A stretch of 64,000 bases of DNA, from positions 1-64,000 of IMG/VR virus record IMGVR_UViG_3300017963_000228. One strand, given 5' to 3'. Below the pieces are notes generated by a model that had not been told where the DNA came from, ran no database searches, and saw nothing but the letters and a program-made list of their open reading frames with translations. The position numbers and the translations under genes are program-made. Below, piece after piece: positions 58,946-64,000 of the stretch. How positions within the stretch are numbered: position 1 is the stretch's first letter; every line of letters starts with the position of its first letter. The DNA comes from a virus.

Positions 58946-59401
58946 TTAATCAATGGCACCACCGACCTTACCAACACGACCAGTACCAAAAGTCGCAGTA
59001 AGAGCAGTACCCTGCTGAGTAACCGGACGGCGCTGATTCTCAAACGTAAGATAAAGTGCCGACCAAAGAACGGCATCCGTACCCACCGTAACATTAAGGC
59101 GAACATAACGCATAGGATCAGGAACCATGTAGTAATACAGACCAGCTTCATCAATCTGATCAAACGTAATAAAATCTGCATCCCACGTAGACTGATCCGG
59201 TGAATCCTGAACAATAATATCCAATGTTCCACCAGAACCAACTGAACCAACATCAGCAATCAAAATGAAACTGTTCGGAAGTTGATTATCGGCCCAAAGA
59301 TCAATACCGTCATCATCGGGAGCATTTGCAGCAGCAGCCGCAGCATCGGAAACGGCTTGCTGAAAATAACCAATCTTGTAGTTGTTTACGAAATCATACA
59401 T
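58946..59401 (-). CDS. capsid decoration / head accessory protein
   Basis: Follows MCP with a GGAGG RBS and the same codon bias; LD..VQDS.D...W..RYVRL. Confidence 0.7.
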   Translation of the reverse strand: MYDFVNNYKIGYFQQAVSDAAAAAANAPDDDGIDLWADNQLPNSFILIADVGSVGSGGTLDIIVQDSPDQSTWDADFITFDQIDEAGLYYYMVPDPMRYVRLNVTVGTDAVLWSALYLTFENQRRPVTQQGTALTATFGTGRVGKVGGAID

Positions 59402-59480
59402 TGATTGTTCCTCCGTAATTAAATGTTTTATTCATCAAAAAAATTATTATCAAACTCCTTATGTAAAGATTGATTTTTAA

Positions 59481-60722
59481 TTAACTAACGTCATCCAGCA
59501 TCACAAATGCTTGCGGTACTGCTGCCTGTCCATCCAACCGACCAGAGCAACGGAGGGAAGTACGGTTATGACGGAAACGATAATGACGCGAAGAATCCAT
59601 GCTGAAATCCTGACGGAAACCAATATAATACCACTGCCATGCACCCAGCACCACATCACCAGCAGTACCCAATGCAGGAACTTTACCATCAGCCAGCATA
59701 GCCGGTTTACCAAGAATGGTCATGTCATAACCATCCTTCAGATTGGCATAGGATTCCTGAAGAACAAGTTCATCGGAAGTTGCGGAGACTTTCTGACCGC
59801 GAAGGGCAGCACGTCCGGTCTTTGTAATAAACCAAACTGCGGCGGCATCAAACATGGCAGGAAGACGTGCATCCATGTTGAGAATATCGTCAACAACTAC
59901 CGTACTGGCAGTTTGACGATTGACAGTGAGAATATTGGGATCATTGAGAATACCCAGCGGTTTCTTTCCACCACTGCCATTGAGGAATTCTTTATCCGTA
60001 TACCAGTACCATGCTGACCGGAAAATACGGGTAAGATAATTCATGAGGTTAATAACAGAATCGTCCAACAGAGTATTGGTCAGTTCAGTGTAACCGGCCA
60101 ATTCATGGACGATCATTTCAACCAAACCGAATTCCGGTTGCGTTTCCTGCTTCTCGCCACCTTCCTCAGTCCACTCAAAAGATACACCAGCAAAATGATC
60201 AAAATCTTCCGATTGCACATCGGGATTCTGCATCAGTTTGGGGAAAGCCAGTTTTTCACCGGCCATCGGCCATACAGTGGCGCGGGACCATACCAGCGTG
60301 TCTTCCATATCGTACATGATCATCAATGCACGAAATTCTTCCGGTACGAGATAACCACCATCGTCATCCACTGCGGAAGAAAGCAGTTTGGAAGTCTGTC
60401 CAGTTTTGAGATACTTGGAGAAGTCGGTAGCCCACTGTTTTACTTCATCGGAAACCATCAGCCATGGATTCTGACGGTTGCGAAGATTGATGATTGATCC
60501 CTGTTTGGTGGTCATCATATGACCATCCATGGAAACAAAAGGCATACGTTGAACAAGCTGAGTACCAGAATGCGGCTGAAAAGGCGTCTGCACATCATTC
60601 TGGAGATCCTTTACCATATCCTGAATGGTTTCTTTCACCAGATTGCTGAAATCATCGCCACCCATAACATCCGAAACTTGGCCCTTCAACAATTCAATGA
60701 GTTCATCCTTGGTCAATTTCAT
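59481..60722 (-). CDS. major capsid protein (HK97 fold)
   Basis: DGGYLVPEE, WTEEG, LLDDS, GSG.KKPLGI, ILGKP, R..GRLDG. Confidence 0.95.
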   Translation of the reverse strand: MKLTKDELIELLKGQVSDVMGGDDFSNLVKETIQDMVKDLQNDVQTPFQPHSGTQLVQRMPFVSMDGHMMTTKQGSIINLRNRQNPWLMVSDEVKQWATDFSKYLKTGQTSKLLSSAVDDDGGYLVPEEFRALMIMYDMEDTLVWSRATVWPMAGEKLAFPKLMQNPDVQSEDFDHFAGVSFEWTEEGGEKQETQPEFGLVEMIVHELAGYTELTNTLLDDSVINLMNYLTRIFRSAWYWYTDKEFLNGSGGKKPLGILNDPNILTVNRQTASTVVVDDILNMDARLPAMFDAAAVWFITKTGRAALRGQKVSATSDELVLQESYANLKDGYDMTILGKPAMLADGKVPALGTAGDVVLGAWQWYYIGFRQDFSMDSSRHYRFRHNRTSLRCSGRLDGQAAVPQAFVMLDDVS

Positions 60723-60764
60723 TTAAAAGTTCCTCCTAATAAATAGAATTAAATAAATAAAAAA

Positions 60765-62408
60765 TTAATCGATTTTCCCCGAAGCAGTTTTCATCGCTTC
60801 AGATAATTTTTCCCGCAATACATCCATCAACGTAGACTTCACAGAATCAACCACGACAGTTTTGGATGAATTCAGTATTTCATCGTCTATTTCGATTTCA
60901 TCTGTTTCAGAATTGGTTTTTTCATTGGCAGGGGAAATCAATGAATCATCCAATTCTATCAGATCATCGTTTTTAGTCGAATCCGTATCAGAATTCTCCA
61001 AACCCTGAGTCTCAATAGCATCATTATCAGTTATTTCATTAGGATTATCAAGGTCTTTTTTATCCTTGAGATCCGCAATGGATTTTTTCAATGCTTCAAT
61101 CTCGTCTTTAAGCAAAGATATCAGCTTGTTAGCTTCCAATTCATCGTATTCCGACAGCGTTTGCAGTTCCGCATTGGTTCCAATGATAATTGTCTGTTGA
61201 TCCAATACGTTACCTTCTACATCTTTCAGTGTTTTTACAAGCTCAATGGTACGGTTCAATGAAACCACTTGTTCAATCGGTGCCACATGATCCTTATCTT
61301 CAATTTCAGGATCATCCTCCGCGTCACCATCTCCATCGGTCTTGTTCTCACTATCGGCATCGTCAGGGGCATCTGATTTATTATCCTGATCATCTGAAAT
61401 CTCAATTTCATCTGCTTCAGTGTCTTTCTCCCCATCCTCCAAAGAAATATCTTGATCCGTATCAGTCTCAGAAGATTTAGTATCCTCAGTATCAGCAACA
61501 TCAACCGAAACAGATTCTTCAAATAATTTGATTGGCATTTTTTCTTCAACCGTATCCAAAACAATGCCGCCTTTTTTATCCACTTTGATATCAAAGTATT
61601 TTGTTTTCCATTCCTGTTCCACATTCTCCTTAATCCATTCATTAGCGGTTTTGTCATCAAATTGCTCTGGATCAAATAGATAGGCAACAGGATCTTTAAC
61701 AGAAATATCTTCATCAAGCGGAACAGCTTTAATGGCTGTTACCCCATCAGCAACTTCAAACTCTTTAGGTTGTGTAAAAATAGCAATATCCATAACGGGG
61801 TAAAAAAGACCAGATTTGGTTCTGGCAAATACTTCAGGATATCCCAAAGTAATCAAATTCTGATACTCTTTATCATTTTCACCCATACCCATATGAACAT
61901 TGGCATTTGGGTTAGCAGGAACAGCACAACAGGAAATCTCCAGTAATTCTTGTGAGGTAAATTCCCGACCTCCCCACCATTTATCATCTTCATCACGAAA
62001 ATCAAATTTAAGTCCCATAAAACCAACAGAGAAAGAAGTCAAAAATCCATTTTTATATTTGTTGAATATCTTCATGGATTCATCATCATTCTCGTCAAAC
62101 TTGGGCTGAAACAATAATCGATTAGTACTTTTATCAACCCATGTTTTCATTGATCTGGCAACCGGGACTCCATAATAGTTATGGGACCACGGAACCACAG
62201 GATTCTTCTTGAAATTAGACATTTTCCAACCGGATTGACGTACAATATCTTTGTCCCGGTCTTCATCTTCAGTTGAAGCAACCGCAATGAACGTTTTACC
62301 TTTTTCATCTAATTCCATCAACTTTATATTTGATACATTTGTTGCCAGAACGCTCTTACCTTTTTTCTTAAACGGAAGACCTTTTTCATTACGAAGTTGA
62401 TAAGCCAT
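60765..62408 (-). CDS. HK97-type prohead protease with an acidic scaffold-like extension
   Basis: ASTE..DRD.D, NPVV.WSH, SFSVGF, LLEIS..PAN; AAGGAG before ATG 62408. Confidence 0.9.
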   Translation of the reverse strand: MAYQLRNEKGLPFKKKGKSVLATNVSNIKLMELDEKGKTFIAVASTEDEDRDKDIVRQSGWKMSNFKKNPVVPWSHNYYGVPVARSMKTWVDKSTNRLLFQPKFDENDDESMKIFNKYKNGFLTSFSVGFMGLKFDFRDEDDKWWGGREFTSQELLEISCCAVPANPNANVHMGMGENDKEYQNLITLGYPEVFARTKSGLFYPVMDIAIFTQPKEFEVADGVTAIKAVPLDEDISVKDPVAYLFDPEQFDDKTANEWIKENVEQEWKTKYFDIKVDKKGGIVLDTVEEKMPIKLFEESVSVDVADTEDTKSSETDTDQDISLEDGEKDTEADEIEISDDQDNKSDAPDDADSENKTDGDGDAEDDPEIEDKDHVAPIEQVVSLNRTIELVKTLKDVEGNVLDQQTIIIGTNAELQTLSEYDELEANKLISLLKDEIEALKKSIADLKDKKDLDNPNEITDNDAIETQGLENSDTDSTKNDDLIELDDSLISPANEKTNSETDEIEIDDEILNSSKTVVVDSVKSTLMDVLREKLSEAMKTASGKID

Positions 62409-62413
62409 AACTT

Positions 62414-64000
62414 TTACTCCTTTTCCATTGTAATTGTGCAATCACAATTAAAACTTAAAATGTCACCGGGAAATCGCAGTTTAGATCCCCCAACAAAAAA
62501 GTTGTCTTTTGAAACCATATTTTTTAATCGGCCTTTATGACCACATTCATTACTATTCACTACCCATACAACGTTTTTATCCAAATGACTTACCATTTGC
62601 CATTTGGTATAGTTTATACAAGATTTCAAAAGAGCATTGATAATTTTTGACAAACGGGGATTGGCGTTGAATTGTTCCTTAAAAAATTCTTTCCAATCCT
62701 TATCTTCCCATCCAGAAATCATTTTAATCGTTTTGTTATACTCAAACGCTGCTTTTTCAGCAATCTGCTTAATCCATTTATCATTTAACCATTCAAGCAA
62801 TGTTTCCTGATATCCAAAATGTTTGGCATAAACTTCAACAGATGCTTCTACACAATCTACCAGAATATCTTTTAAATATGTTTCAAAATTACTTGGGTGA
62901 ATGTCTTTCATAGCCTGAAAGATCATATCGTTCCAAGTCTCCCTTGACAATGTGATTAAATTAAAAAAATCATCTAATTTATTAATTTGTTTTTGATTAG
63001 TAGGTTCAACAGAACGTCCATCAGTGGGATTATCATCACGATCATCTGTTCCATCAGGATTGGTATGTGGTTCGTCATCATCACGATCACGATCTCCATT
63101 TGCCGGTGGCGCAGGGGGATTCGCCGCTTGCTGGGAGATCTTTGGTAAATCTTTTAACAATACATGGTTTGCAGGAATAATAATTTCGTCACCACCAGCA
63201 ATGGCCGGTTTATTCTGTATTTCTTGACGAAATTCATTAATCGTCATTGTAGGAACACCAACATATGCTTTGGATTCCTGAACCTCCAGTTGACGATCAC
63301 GCGGAATAGGATTCTTATGACGCAATTGAAGACGTTCATCAAATGATTTACAAACCCCATCTGTTAATTCTTCGTCCCAAATATTTAAACGTGGTGCAAT
63401 TGACTCACGGTTAAAAGAGATATCAGTATATACAGCCCCGGCACGATTGGAGTCCGTAGATCCCAGCTTGTTTGTTGGCACCCGATAAGCCGATAGGATC
63501 TTTTCCTTAGACCATCCTGCCAAAGACATAAATTCAAAATCTTTATTGGTATACTCCAACGGTATTGGTTTTAAGCCACTATCCAAAACAGCTACTTGGT
63601 GAAATGTTCCCTGATATTTTTCCATCCATCGGGCTTTTAATTCATCAGCTTTTTCTTGATCAATTTGAGCATCCGTTGTTAATGCAAAATCAATTCTTGC
63701 ACTATTTTTAAAGAAGTCCCGTTCATATACTTCAACATAAGTATCAATGTCAGTCGCATATGCTTGTGCTTGAATAGGACTCATACCCGACCATGGATCA
63801 ATAGGATGGGGATAATTGATAACAATCAATTCATTAATATCAAAATCAATATATCCTCCCGCTTTACCGGATTTAAAAATATATTTAACAGAAGGATTAA
63901 CAGGATTATCTGAAACTTCTACTTTCATAAAATCATTCATATTCAAAGGCCATAATTCCCAAACCTGCCCCAGCTTATTTTTGGCCTTATAAATAACGGT
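62414..64000 (-). CDS. HK97-family portal protein (5' end beyond the window) with a MuF-like C-terminal extension
   Basis: GMSPI, FFKNSA, VLDSG, D.EF, I.SAYRVP, TINE.R..GGD. The frame stays open to 64000. Confidence 0.9.
   Translation of the reverse strand, partial: TVIYKAKNKLGQVWELWPLNMNDFMKVEVSDNPVNPSVKYIFKSGKAGGYIDFDINELIVINYPHPIDPWSGMSPIQAQAYATDIDTYVEVYERDFFKNSARIDFALTTDAQIDQEKADELKARWMEKYQGTFHQVAVLDSGLKPIPLEYTNKDFEFMSLAGWSKEKILSAYRVPTNKLGSTDSNRAGAVYTDISFNRESIAPRLNIWDEELTDGVCKSFDERLQLRHKNPIPRDRQLEVQESKAYVGVPTMTINEFRQEIQNKPAIAGGDEIIIPANHVLLKDLPKISQQAANPPAPPANGDRDRDDDEPHTNPDGTDDRDDNPTDGRSVEPTNQKQINKLDDFFNLITLSRETWNDMIFQAMKDIHPSNFETYLKDILVDCVEASVEVYAKHFGYQETLLEWLNDKWIKQIAEKAAFEYNKTIKMISGWEDKDWKEFFKEQFNANPRLSKIINALLKSCINYTKWQMVSHLDKNVVWVVNSNECGHKGRLKNMVSKDNFFVGGSKLRFPGDILSFNCDCTITMEKE

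Noticed and set aside
404-63346. Short antisense or alternate-frame ORFs in the track (e.g. 7838-8338, 55581-56069, 59511-60017)
   Set aside because: They are shadows of well-supported genes and have no recognisable motifs.
1-64000. CRISPR array, tRNA, rRNA, integrase, IS element
   Set aside because: Intergenic gaps are under ~100 bp. I recognised no repeat-spacer periodicity, cloverleaf, or transposase/integrase motifs.
1-64000. Stop-codon reassignment
   Set aside because: Known genes are full length in the standard code, and TAA, TGA and TAG all end genes followed by coupled starts.

Overview
This AT-rich, densely coding 64-kb window is part of a large tailed dsDNA phage. It has an HK97-type head and a long non-contractile tail (no sheath gene; 1831-aa tape measure). 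There are two convergent blocks. The + strand (1-16228) carries replication, recombination and nucleotide-metabolism genes: a Holliday-junction resolvase, a Rad50/SbcC split over separate genes, Mre11/SbcD, a ThyA-family enzyme, class II B12-dependent RNR, a 5'-3' exonuclease, a SAM methyltransferase, DnaB, an SF2 helicase, primase and an amidase. The - strand (64000-16203) is the late operon: portal (cut by the window edge), protease, capsid, neck, tail tube, a ~7-kb insert of accessory virion genes, frameshifted tail chaperones, tape measure, Dit, DUF2163, NlpC, two paralogous tail-tip hubs, two collar/propeller fibres, two GT9-like glycosyltransferases, a receiver-domain protein and a holin. 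The most unusual region is an ~8.8-kb array (19167-27940) of five lectin-like paralogs (family A) interleaved with four partner genes (family B/C). Each partner carries 2-3 copies of a short beta-strand motif plus a hydrophobic C-terminal strand, and the paralogs share perfect DNA repeats. I infer a modular, recombining adhesin system, possibly assembled by strand complementation in trans. CCWGG also appears to be avoided throughout. All functional calls come from motif recognition by eye; no database searches were run.
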